Of a DNA stretch of 64,000 nt, positions 1-8,998 are shown piece by piece. This DNA comes from an uncultured Caulobacteraceae bacterium. GTDB taxonomy: Bacteria > Pseudomonadota > Alphaproteobacteria > Caulobacterales > Aquidulcibacteraceae. Under the pieces are notes generated by a model that was not told the origin of the DNA, searched no databases, and saw nothing but the letters and a program-made list of their open reading frames with translations. Position 1 is the stretch's first letter, and every line of letters starts with the position of its first letter. The DNA lies in the NCBI GenBank assembly GCA_964568575.1, contig CAZMRN010000001.1, positions 3,964 through 67,963 of the forward strand, read 5' to 3'. Both the position numbers and the translations under genes were made by a program.

Positions 1-147
1 GCGGTGGAGGGCCGGCTCGCGCGCTTCGTCTATGTGTCGCTCTATCGCATGCATCTGCTGGCGATCCATGGCTGGGTGCGCGGCGCCTTCATGATCTTCC
101 TCGGCCATGTAAACCAGATCGTGCGCCCAAAACTGAAACTGCATTGA
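1..147 (+). CDS. ndh: 3' end of type II NADH dehydrogenase (NDH-2); 5' part lies outside the window
   Basis: Frame 1 reads ...RLARFVYVSLYRMHLLAIHGWVRGAFMIFLGHVNQIVRPKLKLH*. The SLYRMH..LHG...RPxLKLH tail matches my recollection of the E. coli Ndh C-terminus. It is absent from the ORF track because no start lies in the window. Confidence 0.55.
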   Translation, partial: AVEGRLARFVYVSLYRMHLLAIHGWVRGAFMIFLGHVNQIVRPKLKLH

Positions 148-156
148 GGGGAAGCG

Positions 157-1146
157 CTATCGCGGTGCAATAGTCGCGCGCGCTTGAAAGTTGGATCTGT
201 TTGCGGGATCGGTCGCCTTGAGTCGATCGTCGGCGTTTTGCACCGGCCAGAGCTCCATCGCGACGGCGAATAGACTGGTCAGCACGGTCAGCCATGCCGT
301 CAACTTGAGGTCTCGGTCGGGGTGCCGAAACAAGACAAAGAACGGATCCTTGGCGAACTGCAGGCGCAAATAATAACTGCCGATGACGTTCGGGCGATGG
401 GCCGCCAGGCCGCGCGCGCGCCAGCGCGAGAGGATGCCGCCTTGGCGCAGGCGCCGTAAAGCATTGGCGCGCGTTGTAATGAAGTGCTCGCGATTTGCGG
501 CGATACGATCTACGATGCTTGCCGCGACTGAGATGATCGGCGCGTTGTCGTCGTCGGTCCAGCTTTGAAGGATATTGCGACGGGCGACATAGTCTTTGGC
601 AAGCTCTTCGGTGGGTTGAATGGTTTCGCTCGCGGCGCTGTCCAATTCAATGTTGGGCACGCAGATATCGCTGAAATGCACCTCGTCGGGCACTTCGTGG
701 CCATACCGAATGCTTTGCACACTCGGCAGCGGAATCGCCATGACGTTCAGAGTAAGCCGGTGCTTGTAGACGAGGCGCTTGCGTCGCTTGCCTCTCGCGT
801 CATCATAGACGTAATAGACCCGCGCCAGAGTTGAGACGCCATCCATATTGAAGGGCATCAGGTTTTTGTGGATGACGAGAACGTCTCCGCCGTCGCGACG
901 GCGCTTGTGCGGCCGGATTCCGACGGGTCCGATCTCAGCATTTTGGAAGTTTCCGCTGTAGATATGGGCGATGACCCAGATTGTCGCGGCGACGAGTGCG
1001 GCCATGCCGGCCGCGCGCGCCCATTGGTTGGTTAGATAGAGCTCAGCGAACGTTAGCATGGCCGCCCAGACGGCCTGTCCGCCCTCCAGCACTTCGCCAA
1101 ACAAGGCGGGATTGTTCCAAGCCACCACCGAACCCCTTTTTCGCAT
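157..1146 (-). CDS. hypothetical membrane protein (N- and C-terminal hydrophobic helices)
   Basis: 329-aa ORF filling the ndh-guaA gap. Predicted TM stretches are AVWAAMLTFAELYL / GMAALVAATIWVIAHIY near the N-terminus and LTAWLTVLTSLFAVAMELW near the C-terminus. I recognise no family. Confidence 0.5.
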   Translation of the reverse strand: MRKRGSVVAWNNPALFGEVLEGGQAVWAAMLTFAELYLTNQWARAAGMAALVAATIWVIAHIYSGNFQNAEIGPVGIRPHKRRRDGGDVLVIHKNLMPFNMDGVSTLARVYYVYDDARGKRRKRLVYKHRLTLNVMAIPLPSVQSIRYGHEVPDEVHFSDICVPNIELDSAASETIQPTEELAKDYVARRNILQSWTDDDNAPIISVAASIVDRIAANREHFITTRANALRRLRQGGILSRWRARGLAAHRPNVIGSYYLRLQFAKDPFFVLFRHPDRDLKLTAWLTVLTSLFAVAMELWPVQNADDRLKATDPANRSNFQARATIAPR

Positions 1147-1228
1147 AGGTTACGGGCTGTGAATAAAACCGCAACCCCGTGTGCCCCAGCCCCATTGACG
1201 TCGATCCCAAACCTTCTCATCTCCCCTC

Positions 1229-2785
1229 ATGGCCGAACACGACCGCGTTCTCATCATCGATTTCGGATCCCAGGTGACGCAGCTGATCGCGCGCCGGGTG
1301 CGCGAAAGCGGCGTCTATTGCGAGATTCACCCCTATAATCGCGCCGGCGACGTGCTGGCGGCCGGGTTCGCGCCCCGCGCCATCATCTTCTCCGGGGGGC
1401 CGGCGAGCGTCACAGAGGACGGCAGTCCGCGCGCCCCGCAAGCGGCGTTCGATCTGGGCGTGCCGATCCTGGCGATTTGCTACGGCCAACAGACGCTCGC
1501 CGTGCAGCTCGGCGGCGCCGTCGAAGGCGGCCATGCGCGCGAATTCGGCCGCGCCGACGTCACGGTGCACGCGCCGAGCCCGTTGTTCGACGGGATATGG
1601 ACGGTGGGTGGGCGCTATCCGGTCTGGATGAGCCATGGCGACCGCGTGACCCGTCTGCCCGACGGCTTCAGCGTCGTGGCGACATCCGAGAACGCGCCCT
1701 TCGCCGTCGCTGTTGACGAAACGCGCAAATATTACACGGTCATGTTCCACCCCGAAGTGGCGCACACGCCCGACGGGGCCAAGCTCCTGCGCAATTTCAC
1801 GCATCACATCGCCGGCTGCCGCGGCGATTGGACGATGGCGGCGTTCAAGCAGGAAGCCATTGCGCGAATCCGCAAGCAGGTCGGCGCCGAAAAGGTCATC
1901 TGCGGCCTCTCGGGCGGCGTCGATTCCAGCGTGGCGGCCGTGCTTATTCACGAGGCGATCGGCGACCAGTTGACGTGCGTGTTCGTCGATCACGGCCTGA
2001 TGCGCGCCGGCGAAGCGCAGGAGGTGGTCGCGTTGTTTCGCGATCACTACAATATTCCTCTGATCCATGCCGATGAGCGCACGCGCTTTCTCGATGCGCT
2101 GGCTGGCGTCAGCGATCCCGAAGCGAAACGCAAAACGATCGGCCGCTTGTTCGTCGACGTGTTCGAAGACAAGGCCAAAAGCATCGGCGGGGCGGCGTTT
2201 CTCGCCCAAGGCACGCTCTATCCCGATGTGATCGAAAGCGTTTCGGCCATCGGCGGGCCGTCAGTTACGATCAAGTCCCACCACAATGTCGGCGGTCTGC
2301 CCGAGCGTATGAACATGAAGCTCGTCGAGCCGTTGCGCGAGCTGTTCAAGGACGAAGTGCGCGCGCTGGGACGCGAACTCGGTCTGCCGGAGGCGTTCGT
2401 CGGCCGCCACCCTTTTCCCGGCCCCGGCCTTGCGATCCGCGTGCCGGGCGAGATCACGCCGGAAAAGCTCGACATCCTGCGCGCGGCGGACGCCATCTAT
2501 CTCGATGAAATCCGCAAGGCAGGCCTTTATGACGTGATTTGGCAAGCGTTCGCTGTGCTGCTTCCGGTGCGCACGGTCGGCGTGATGGGCGATGGCCGCA
2601 CCTATGACCATGTCTGCGCCTTGCGCGCGGTGACCAGCACCGACGGCATGACCGCCGATTTCTACCCCTTCGACATGACCTTCCTCGCCCGCACCGCCAC
2701 CCGCATCATCAACGAAGTGCCCGGCATCAACCGCGTCGTCTACGACGTCACAAGCAAACCGCCCGGGACGATCGAGTGGGAATGA
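1229..2785 (+). CDS. guaA: GMP synthase (glutamine-hydrolysing)
   Basis: 518 aa. The N-terminal class-I amidotransferase ([33 protein letters not shown]) and the ATP-pyrophosphatase P-loop SGGVDSSV are present, and the protein ends in the canonical ...KPPGTIEWE. Confidence 0.97.
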   Translation: MAEHDRVLIIDFGSQVTQLIARRVRESGVYCEIHPYNRAGDVLAAGFAPRAIIFSGGPASVTEDGSPRAPQAAFDLGVPILAICYGQQTLAVQLGGAVEGGHAREFGRADVTVHAPSPLFDGIWTVGGRYPVWMSHGDRVTRLPDGFSVVATSENAPFAVAVDETRKYYTVMFHPEVAHTPDGAKLLRNFTHHIAGCRGDWTMAAFKQEAIARIRKQVGAEKVICGLSGGVDSSVAAVLIHEAIGDQLTCVFVDHGLMRAGEAQEVVALFRDHYNIPLIHADERTRFLDALAGVSDPEAKRKTIGRLFVDVFEDKAKSIGGAAFLAQGTLYPDVIESVSAIGGPSVTIKSHHNVGGLPERMNMKLVEPLRELFKDEVRALGRELGLPEAFVGRHPFPGPGLAIRVPGEITPEKLDILRAADAIYLDEIRKAGLYDVIWQAFAVLLPVRTVGVMGDGRTYDHVCALRAVTSTDGMTADFYPFDMTFLARTATRIINEVPGINRVVYDVTSKPPGTIEWE

Positions 2786-2901
2786 TACGGTAGGGGCCGG
2801 CGTCTTTCGCCGACATTCGCTGAATAGCCTATAAACCGATTAAAATCAACGAAATACTATCTGGTGTCGATCGGTAAGGATCGGCTCCAAGCGGAAACAC
2901 C

Positions 2902-3055
2902 TGACGGTGTTTTTGACGGTGTCGCTTCGAGCGCCAGTCCTGTGATTTGCCCATACCGTCAGGCCCCAAAGTTCAAGCATGCTGCCGAATGGTGGCCCAA
3001 CTAACGGATATAACAAAAGAAAATGCAAAACTTGACGGTGTTTTTGCTGACGGTA
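2902..3055. promoter_or_regulatory. attL-proximal arm-type repeat cluster (5 copies of TGACGGT(G/A))
   Basis: TGACGGTGT occurs at 2902-2910, 2914-2922 and 3033-3041. TGACGGTA occurs at 3048-3055, and an inverted copy ACCGTCA at 2955-2961. The 13-mer GACGGTGTTTTTG is repeated exactly at 2903-2915 and 3034-3046. The cluster lies in the AT-rich gap between guaA and int. Confidence 0.4.
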
Positions 3056-3101
3056 AAAATGAGCAGGAGAACTCGAAAAACAGCGCCAGAAGGGGCCGCC
3101 C

Positions 3102-4364
3102 GTGCTGACCGACCTTGCACTCAAGAAGATGAAACCAAAGGAGAAAGTCTATAAGATCGGGGACCGTGACGGTATGTATGCGCTGGTGGCCACCTCCGGC
3201 CTTATCACGTTCCGATACGACTATCGCTTCAACGGTCGGCGCGAGACGCTCACGATCGGCAAATACGCGCCGGACGCCGGCGGGGTCTCGCTTTCAGAGG
3301 CCAGAGCCAAGTGCGCGGAGGCGCGCCAGCTTCTAAGCGAGGGCCAGTCGCCGGCCATCAAGAAGCAGAAGGAAAAGCGCAAGCTCGTAGAAGCCGACAG
3401 GTTCGGCGAGGTCGGCCAGCGCTACTTCAAGGAAGCGCGCATGGCGGACAGCACGCGCGCAATGCGCCGCGCAATCTATGACCGCGACATCCATCCAGAA
3501 TGGAAGAACCGTCTCTTGGCGGAGATCGGCCCGGACGATCTTCGTGTGCTCTGCGCGCGCGTGAAGGATCGCGGCGCCCCGGCCACTGCGATCCATGTGC
3601 GCGACATCGTCAAGCAGATCTACGGTTTCGCCATTCTGCACGGTGAGAAGGTCGCCAATCCCGCCGATGAGGTCGGTCCGGCGTCGATCGCCCAGTTCGA
3701 GGTGCGCGACCGCGCACTGTCGCCGGGGGAAATCCGGATAATGCTGTCCTTGCTTGAGCGGATCGCCACGCTCCCAACGATCCGCCTCGGGCTGAAGCTG
3801 ATCCTGCTCACCATGGTTCGCAAAAGCGAGCTTCAAGATGCCGTCTGGCCCGAGGTCGAGTTCGAGAATGCGGTCTGGTCGATCACCAAGGAGCGGATGA
3901 AGCGCAAGAAGCCGCACAATGTGTATCTGTCGCGGCAGTCGCTGGACATCATGGTCGCGCTCAAGACCTGCGCCGGCAATTCGCGCTATCTCTTGCCTTC
4001 GCGCTACGAGGCCAATGAGCCGATGTCGCGGGCGACGTTCAATCGCGTCACCACGGCGATTGTGGAACTCGCCAAAAAGGAAAATCTTCCGCTGGCGCCG
4101 TTCACGGTTCACGATCTGCGGCGGACCGGCTCAACGCTATTGAACGAGGCGGGCTTCAACAGCGATTGGATCGAGAAGTGCCTGGCGCACGAGGACAACC
4201 GCTCCTCGCGCGGCGTCTACAACAAGGCCGAATACGAGCCGCATCGCCGGCACATGCTGCAGGAGTGGGCGAATATGGTCGATGCCTGGACGCGGGGCGA
4301 GAAGTACACGCCAACTCTGACCCCGCCGACATCGACCCTCGCGATCCACGATCCTAACGCCTGA
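3102..4364 (+). CDS. int: tyrosine recombinase / P4-type integrase (DUF4102 N-terminal arm-binding domain)
   Basis: 420 aa. The N-terminus MLTDLALKKMKPKEKVYKIGDRDGMYALV...FRYDYRFNGRRETLTIGKY is typical of DUF4102 integrases. The C-terminal catalytic region shows HDLRRTGSTLL ... LAHED...VYNKAEY (R..HxxR..Y). Confidence 0.93.
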   Translation: MLTDLALKKMKPKEKVYKIGDRDGMYALVATSGLITFRYDYRFNGRRETLTIGKYAPDAGGVSLSEARAKCAEARQLLSEGQSPAIKKQKEKRKLVEADRFGEVGQRYFKEARMADSTRAMRRAIYDRDIHPEWKNRLLAEIGPDDLRVLCARVKDRGAPATAIHVRDIVKQIYGFAILHGEKVANPADEVGPASIAQFEVRDRALSPGEIRIMLSLLERIATLPTIRLGLKLILLTMVRKSELQDAVWPEVEFENAVWSITKERMKRKKPHNVYLSRQSLDIMVALKTCAGNSRYLLPSRYEANEPMSRATFNRVTTAIVELAKKENLPLAPFTVHDLRRTGSTLLNEAGFNSDWIEKCLAHEDNRSSRGVYNKAEYEPHRRHMLQEWANMVDAWTRGEKYTPTLTPPTSTLAIHDPNA

Positions 4365-4653
4365 CCGGCCGCGCACGCCGGCGTCTCACATCCGGCGCCG
4401 GCGCGCGCTTCACGCGCCCTTCCTCGGAAGCCTGCATGCGTGCAGCGAGCCAGTCCTGCACCTCCTGAAAATCCCAGGCGACGCAGCGCGAGGTCAGAAA
4501 GAAGCGGCGTGGGAATTCGTTGCGTTGCTCCATCTCCCAAATCGTCGTGTCGCCGAGCGGGACGATCTCGCGCAATTGCGGGCGCGTGATTGCTTGCCGG
4601 AGCGGTGAAGGCTGCTTGCGAACGTGTGCGGTCATTTCTGCAACGTCGGACAT
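4354..4653 (-). CDS. alpA: AlpA-family DNA-binding protein (putative excisionase / recombination directionality factor)
   Basis: The internal start at 4653 is preceded by GGAGAA. The motif LRQAITRPQLREIVPLGDTTIWEMEQRNEFPRRFFLTSRCVAWDFQEVQDWL is typical of the Phage_AlpA HTH. It converges on and overlaps the int 3' end. Confidence 0.8.
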   Translation of the reverse strand: MSDVAEMTAHVRKQPSPLRQAITRPQLREIVPLGDTTIWEMEQRNEFPRRFFLTSRCVAWDFQEVQDWLAARMQASEEGRVKRAPAPDVRRRRARPVRR

Positions 4654-4768
4654 GGTGTTCTCCATGGCTCGGCCAATATCGGCCTTGGCCGCCATCTTTC
4701 GCGCCGTGATTCGCCCGGAGATGGCGGGAAACGCCGGGAAATGGTGGGAAACGGTCTGGAAGCGCCGT

Positions 4769-5068
4769 TCAATGACGCGCGTGGTCGCGTCGGTGCTGGC
4801 GCAGCCATGCATCGCGTCCGTGCGCATTCCACTCAAGCCACGACGCAAAGGCGTTTGCCTGCTCAATCAGGATTGCGAACAGAACCGCAATTATGGCTTC
4901 GCCCCATTCGCCGACCCATAGGCGCGCCACGGCGTAGAGCAGGAGGAGTGGGCCGCCCCAGCGGAGCAGAACCCAAAGAGCAACAAGCGCCGCGGCCACG
5001 ACGAGGACGTGCTGCGGGACAATTGCAAAAAGCTGGAGCTGGGACGGATCAAAGAGGTCAGAATGCAT
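4769..5068 (-). CDS. small hypothetical membrane protein
   Basis: Starts at MHSDLFDPSQLQ.. with two hydrophobic helices (VLVVAAALVALWVLL, AIIAVLFAILI). It lies between the relaxase and alpA on the same strand. The start choice is uncertain. Confidence 0.35.
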   Translation of the reverse strand: MHSDLFDPSQLQLFAIVPQHVLVVAAALVALWVLLRWGGPLLLLYAVARLWVGEWGEAIIAVLFAILIEQANAFASWLEWNAHGRDAWLRQHRRDHARH

Positions 5069-5243
5069 GGCGCCGTTTCCTGAAAAGGGAATGAGGCGCT
5101 GCCGTTCGACCGGGTGGGCTCCCGGATTCTTTCTTTGGTCGTCCCTCTTGCGCACTGCGTAACAGTGATCGCTGGCTGGACGCCGATCCTCGGTGCGCCG
5201 ATGCGATCACAAGCGCACGCACGGCGCAAGCGTGATGTCCGCC

Positions 5244-6455
5244 TTAGCGTTCCAATCCGGGCGGCAGTTTCAACGCTTTCGACATTTGCCGCGCCGGGTC
5301 AGCGACGCCGCGACCAAGATCTTGCGTGCGCGAGCGCACCAGCGCCTTGCGGATGTCGATATGGAGCTCCATCGCCTTGAGGCGGCCCTGCCATTCTGGG
5401 TCGAACTGAAAGATGTTGCGTTCAACTTCCGTAGCGAGGCCAAGGCGTTTGAGTTCCTGCGCCCGCGCTTTCAGCGCATCGGTCATTTCCGGCGACCGGT
5501 CCGGCGCCTGCAGGTGGGCAAGGCGGATGCGGCCATGCTCATCAAGCTGACCTTCGATCATGCGGTCGAGCCGGCTTGGACGATGCGCGCGCGCTTCCCG
5601 CTCCAGCGCGAGACGGGCGTCGTCTCTGCCGCGCGGACCGAGGCGTTCGGTGGCGATGTCCTGAGCGGCCGAGCGGAAGCCATGGCTCACATACTCGCGC
5701 GGGATAACAAGATCGCGTCCATCCTCGTGCCGACCGCGCAGAATGATGTGCGTGTGCGGGTTGTCCGTGTCCCAATGGTCGACCGCGATCCAGGTCAGCC
5801 GGGTTCCGAGTGCGATTTCCGCCCGCCGCATCACTTCGCGGGTGTAGCTCTTGAGATCGCCGAGCCTGCCGCCGTTCTCCGCCGAGAGGATGATCCGGAA
5901 GTGGCGCCGGTCCTCGCGCGCCCAGGCGCCAGCACGCGCGCCGCCGTCCACGCTGTTATCCAACGCATCGTAGAAGACGGATCGTTCAGCGCCGCGCTGA
6001 AGGTAGCGTGCATGCGCATTCGCCGGCGCCTCGGCCTCGCGCTCGCGGTTTGCCGGCGCGTCCTCGCCCGGCAGCGGCGCTGACGGCGCTTTGGCTGCTG
6101 CGTCGCGCGCCACATAGCGGGCGTGGGCGCCGAGCGCTGCGCCGCCGCCTCCACCGTGACCGAAATAATGAACCTTCACGATCGCGCGTTGCCGCGGGTC
6201 GAATTTGAACTTGCCGGCTTTGCCCAAACCCTTCGCGGTCTTGCGCGACGAGCCGATGCGCTTTTGCAGTTGAGAAGACAGCGCCGGCGTAGCGCCTCCG
6301 CGACCGCGTCCTTCGTGGCGACCGGTGAGGCTCTCCGCATCGATGGGTCGTGCAATTCCCAAGCGCGAGCCTGGCGAGAACGTCTCGCCACGCATGGCGT
6401 CGCGCAGCAATTTACTGAAACGAAAGGCGGGTGCGGTGATTGTTGTCGAGGTCAT
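5244..6455 (-). CDS. conjugative relaxase / mobilisation nuclease (DUF3363-type, VirD2-like)
   Basis: Contains VKVHYFGHGGGGGAALGAHARYVARD and the histidine triad region DHWDTDNPHTHIILRG, typical of ICE relaxases of this class. An alternative upstream start lies at 6539. Confidence 0.85.
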   Translation of the reverse strand: MTSTTITAPAFRFSKLLRDAMRGETFSPGSRLGIARPIDAESLTGRHEGRGRGGATPALSSQLQKRIGSSRKTAKGLGKAGKFKFDPRQRAIVKVHYFGHGGGGGAALGAHARYVARDAAAKAPSAPLPGEDAPANREREAEAPANAHARYLQRGAERSVFYDALDNSVDGGARAGAWAREDRRHFRIILSAENGGRLGDLKSYTREVMRRAEIALGTRLTWIAVDHWDTDNPHTHIILRGRHEDGRDLVIPREYVSHGFRSAAQDIATERLGPRGRDDARLALEREARAHRPSRLDRMIEGQLDEHGRIRLAHLQAPDRSPEMTDALKARAQELKRLGLATEVERNIFQFDPEWQGRLKAMELHIDIRKALVRSRTQDLGRGVADPARQMSKALKLPPGLER

Positions 6456-6644
6456 CGGTGCGAAGTCGCCAGCACTGTGCGCGCACCGTGCGGCGCACTG
6501 TGCGATTGTGCTCTGCACGGTGCGTTTGCGCCAACGCATTCAACCGCTTGGCGTGCGACACGACTCTCTCTTTATCTAGCCTTCCACCGCATTTCTTTTT
6601 GTAGAGCCCATTCCTACACGTAGGGCGCGCTCACTCGGTGAAGT

Positions 6645-7133
6645 TCACAGTCTCTTCCAGACGCCTTCGATGGCGCCTTCGCGAACGATGCCGAAATATC
6701 GGCTGTCAAAACTGTCCGGCGTTTCGCCCATCAGAAACACCTCGCCAGCCTGTAAAACATGGCAACCTTCCCATGTCGGCAGCGCACGCCCTGCGCTGTC
6801 GCGCCTCGCCCTGATGAGGACATCCAATCCCACGCTCACGCGCTCACCTTGAGCGCACACCCGGTCGCCTTCGCGTGCCGCAACCCGCTTGATGAAGCGA
6901 TCGCCGGTGTCGGTGAAATCACGAACGGCTGCATAGTCTCCCGCCACATCCGCCGCCCGCACCGTCACGAACGCGCCCTCGTGAACTAATGCATCGGATC
7001 GCACATAGAAGCCGGCCGGGACCGAGGGCGTGGAATTGTACAAAACGACATCACGCCGATTGAGTTCACTTGCAGCCAGAAGCGCAACCGCGCCAGCGCA
7101 GACAGCAAGAGCGATCAGGGAATGGCGCTTCAT
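6645..7133 (-). CDS. traF: S26-family conjugal transfer signal peptidase TraF
   Basis: 162 aa with a signal anchor MKRHSLIALAVCAGAVALLA. S26 motifs are NSTPSVPAGFY and FLMGETPDSFDSRYFG. It is adjacent to the relaxase. Confidence 0.85.
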   Translation of the reverse strand: MKRHSLIALAVCAGAVALLAASELNRRDVVLYNSTPSVPAGFYVRSDALVHEGAFVTVRAADVAGDYAAVRDFTDTGDRFIKRVAAREGDRVCAQGERVSVGLDVLIRARRDSAGRALPTWEGCHVLQAGEVFLMGETPDSFDSRYFGIVREGAIEGVWKRL

Positions 7134-7437
7134 CGACGGGGAGGTTCTGTCTCCGCTCTCGCCGGTTCAAGCGCTAACGCCTCTGACGGTCGCCGATCGC
7201 CAATAGGGCGGGTGGGCGGGGCCTTGCGACAGGGATGGAAGCCGGATGGCCGAGACCCGCGGAGCGAGGCTCGGTGCGGAGCACGACAGCCCGGCCGCCG
7301 GCGGAGCCGGCGGGTCGCCCAAACTCATCCACAACTTATGCACAGGTTGCTGGCGCGTGATCTCCCGCACCCGCCAGCGGACCGCAAGCGACCCATGGCG
7401 CGCGCGTCAGGGCGGGTGGGTGGGATCAATGGCAGAA

Positions 7438-7478
7438 CATATGTATTCTATTGAAACGAACCAGAAAGAATATATATG
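7438..7478. promoter_or_regulatory. inverted repeat in the AT-rich promoter of mobile mystery protein A (candidate operator)
   Basis: CATATGTATTCT (7438-7449) and AGAATATATATG (7467-7478) are reverse complements at 11 of 12 positions with a 17-nt spacer. The repeat ends 29 nt upstream of the mmpA ATG. Confidence 0.3.
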
Positions 7479-7506
7479 TTATGTCCAGACTGAAGGTCTA
7501 ATACAT

Positions 7507-7980
7507 ATGCGTTCTGTCGTTTCCCCCGTGAGCTTGGCCCGCAAACAGCTTGAACGGCGTCTCGCGCCCCTGCGCAAGGCCCCTGAGTTCGCGCGCCCGG
7601 CGCGCGGCTGGATCAAGGCTGTCCGCGAGGCCCTTGGCATGACTGCCGCCCAGCTCGGGGCGCGGATCGGCGTCTCCCAATCCCGCATCGCCCGCATCGA
7701 AAAGGATGAGGCTGAGCACGCTCTCACGCTCGCGACCCTGCGGCGTGTCGCGGAGGGGCTCGATTGCACGTTGGTTTATGCGCTCGTGCCGAACGAGCCG
7801 CTGGACGAGATGCTAAAGGCGCGAGCTCGCGCCCAGGCCGACGCGCAACTCAAGCGCACGCATCATTCCATGCGGCTGGAGAACCAGGCGCTCGACAAGC
7901 GCGACCTTGAAGCCGAGCGCGAGCGGCTCGCCATGGAAATCCTCGCCGGCGATCCGCGCCGGCTGTGGGACAGCCCATGA
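7507..7980 (+). CDS. mobile mystery protein A (XRE-type HTH)
   Basis: Starts MRSVVSPVSLARKQLERRL... The HTH region is GWIKAVREALGMTAAQLGARIGVSQSRIARIE, followed by a C-terminal coiled region. ATGA overlap with the following Fic-family fragment. Confidence 0.85.
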   Translation: MRSVVSPVSLARKQLERRLAPLRKAPEFARPARGWIKAVREALGMTAAQLGARIGVSQSRIARIEKDEAEHALTLATLRRVAEGLDCTLVYALVPNEPLDEMLKARARAQADAQLKRTHHSMRLENQALDKRDLEAERERLAMEILAGDPRRLWDSP

Positions 7981-8189
7981 GCGATGATCCGCTGTTCGAT
8001 GGCGATGACGACGCCAATACGCCCTTGGCGCCAGAGGAGCGTGATGGGCTCATTCCGAGCTACATCACGCTTCGGCGCGAATTGAACGAAGCCGAACAGG
8101 TCAATATCGACCAGGGCGACCGCTGGGCGTTCAATCCGCGCGCGCGTCACGACGTGCTCAGCGAGGATTTCATCAAAGCGCTGCACATG
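7977..8189 (+). pseudogene. mobile mystery protein B (Fic/DOC family), N-terminal ~71 codons only
   Basis: MSDDPLFDGDDDANTPLAPEERDGLIPSYITLRRELNEAEQVNIDQGDRWAF...FIKALH matches the family N-terminus. Similarity then stops, and the Fic motif is absent here but present at 59.4 kb. Confidence 0.75.
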
Positions 8190-8980
8190 CTGAGGTCGAG
8201 CGTTCCGTCCGACCGGATAAAATGTGCGCGCCTCGCCCTGATCGTCTCGAAGCCTTCAATAGCAACTCCCTCCTGGGTGGAGGGGTTTGGCCCTTCGTAG
8301 ATCACGCCGGCCAGCGCCCAGGATCGCACCCCATTGCGCTCGATCACCGAGATCATTGGTCCGCCGCTTATGCCCCCGAAATCGTAGCGCTCCGGCGGCA
8401 TCCCAAGCCCCATTACGTCGATCCAGTTGGCACGATTGAACACTGTCCAAATGTCGCGCCGCCCCACCACATCGGCAACACCGCCTCCGGGCGCAGCGGC
8501 GAAGGATATCTCGTCCGCCGCCAGCCACAGCGTGCCTGCTCCGGCGAAACCGGAGAAATAGAGACCGCGTCCTTGTTGTGGCGGTGCTGGCGGCCATGCC
8601 GCTTGCGATCCAGTCAGTGGCGTCTTCCCGATACTCGCCACTTCGGCGGCGCTGATGCGAAAGGTCGCGATGTCTAGTTCGTCATTGCGGTCGATAACCG
8701 CATGCGCGCCTTCGAAATCCAAAACAAGTTCGGTGCCGAGTTGCACGGCCAACACGGTGTTGGTGGCACGATCCGCCTCAAGCCCGGCGAGCACATGCGC
8801 GGCAGTCACGCCGAATACGCCTTGGCCGGCGTCGAGAAAGAAAGCTGTGCCGTTTCGAACCCGCACCTGGCCGTCGGTTTCGCGCATGATCCAGTAAAGC
8901 GGTGCACAGACCGATGTAGCGAACTCCAGTTCGGCCCGGCCAAGGCTCGCCAGCCATAACGCGCCGCGCCTCGGCCTCAT
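8147..8980 (-). CDS. trypsin-like (S1/chymotrypsin fold) serine peptidase, cytoplasmic
   Basis: 277 aa. The candidate catalytic triad is GVFGVTAAHV (His), ELDIATFRI (Asp) and FGGISGGPMI (Ser). No signal peptide. The last ~14 codons read into the antisense of the mmpB fragment. Confidence 0.7.
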   Translation of the reverse strand: MRPRRGALWLASLGRAELEFATSVCAPLYWIMRETDGQVRVRNGTAFFLDAGQGVFGVTAAHVLAGLEADRATNTVLAVQLGTELVLDFEGAHAVIDRNDELDIATFRISAAEVASIGKTPLTGSQAAWPPAPPQQGRGLYFSGFAGAGTLWLAADEISFAAAPGGGVADVVGRRDIWTVFNRANWIDVMGLGMPPERYDFGGISGGPMISVIERNGVRSWALAGVIYEGPNPSTQEGVAIEGFETIRARRAHFIRSDGTLDLSMCSALMKSSLSTS

Positions 8981-8998
8981 CGATTTGCGTCGGATCGG

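Noticed and set aside
1217-2209. 330-aa ORF antisense to guaA. There are similar long shadow ORFs elsewhere: 30715-31911 opposite traG, 34503-36350 opposite trbE, 39282-39974 opposite trbI, 5193-6083 opposite the relaxase, and 63222-63968 opposite the SQR-like gene.
   Set aside because: They lie entirely opposite genes with strong family signatures. They are Arg/Ala/Gly-rich, as expected for antisense frames in high-GC DNA, and show no recognisable motifs.
2740-2790. Searched by eye for a second copy of the guaA 3' end (..GGGACGATCGAGTGGGAATGA) that would mark attR, especially around 59723-59829.
   Set aside because: No convincing repeat was found. A short core (under 15 bp) cannot be detected reliably without a computational search, so no attR is called.
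6540-6644. Intergenic region between the relaxase and traF, considered as oriT.
   Set aside because: Only a weak 5-bp palindrome (CCTAC-AC-GTAGG) is present. Without a nic-site consensus for this relaxase family the call would be a guess.
8187-8196. Possible target-site duplication CA(T/A)GCTGA at both junctions of the 51-kb block (8187-8196 and 59360-59372).
   Set aside because: Only about 5-7 matching bases are shared. Joining at this point would not restore the Fic reading frame or the missing ~13 codons.
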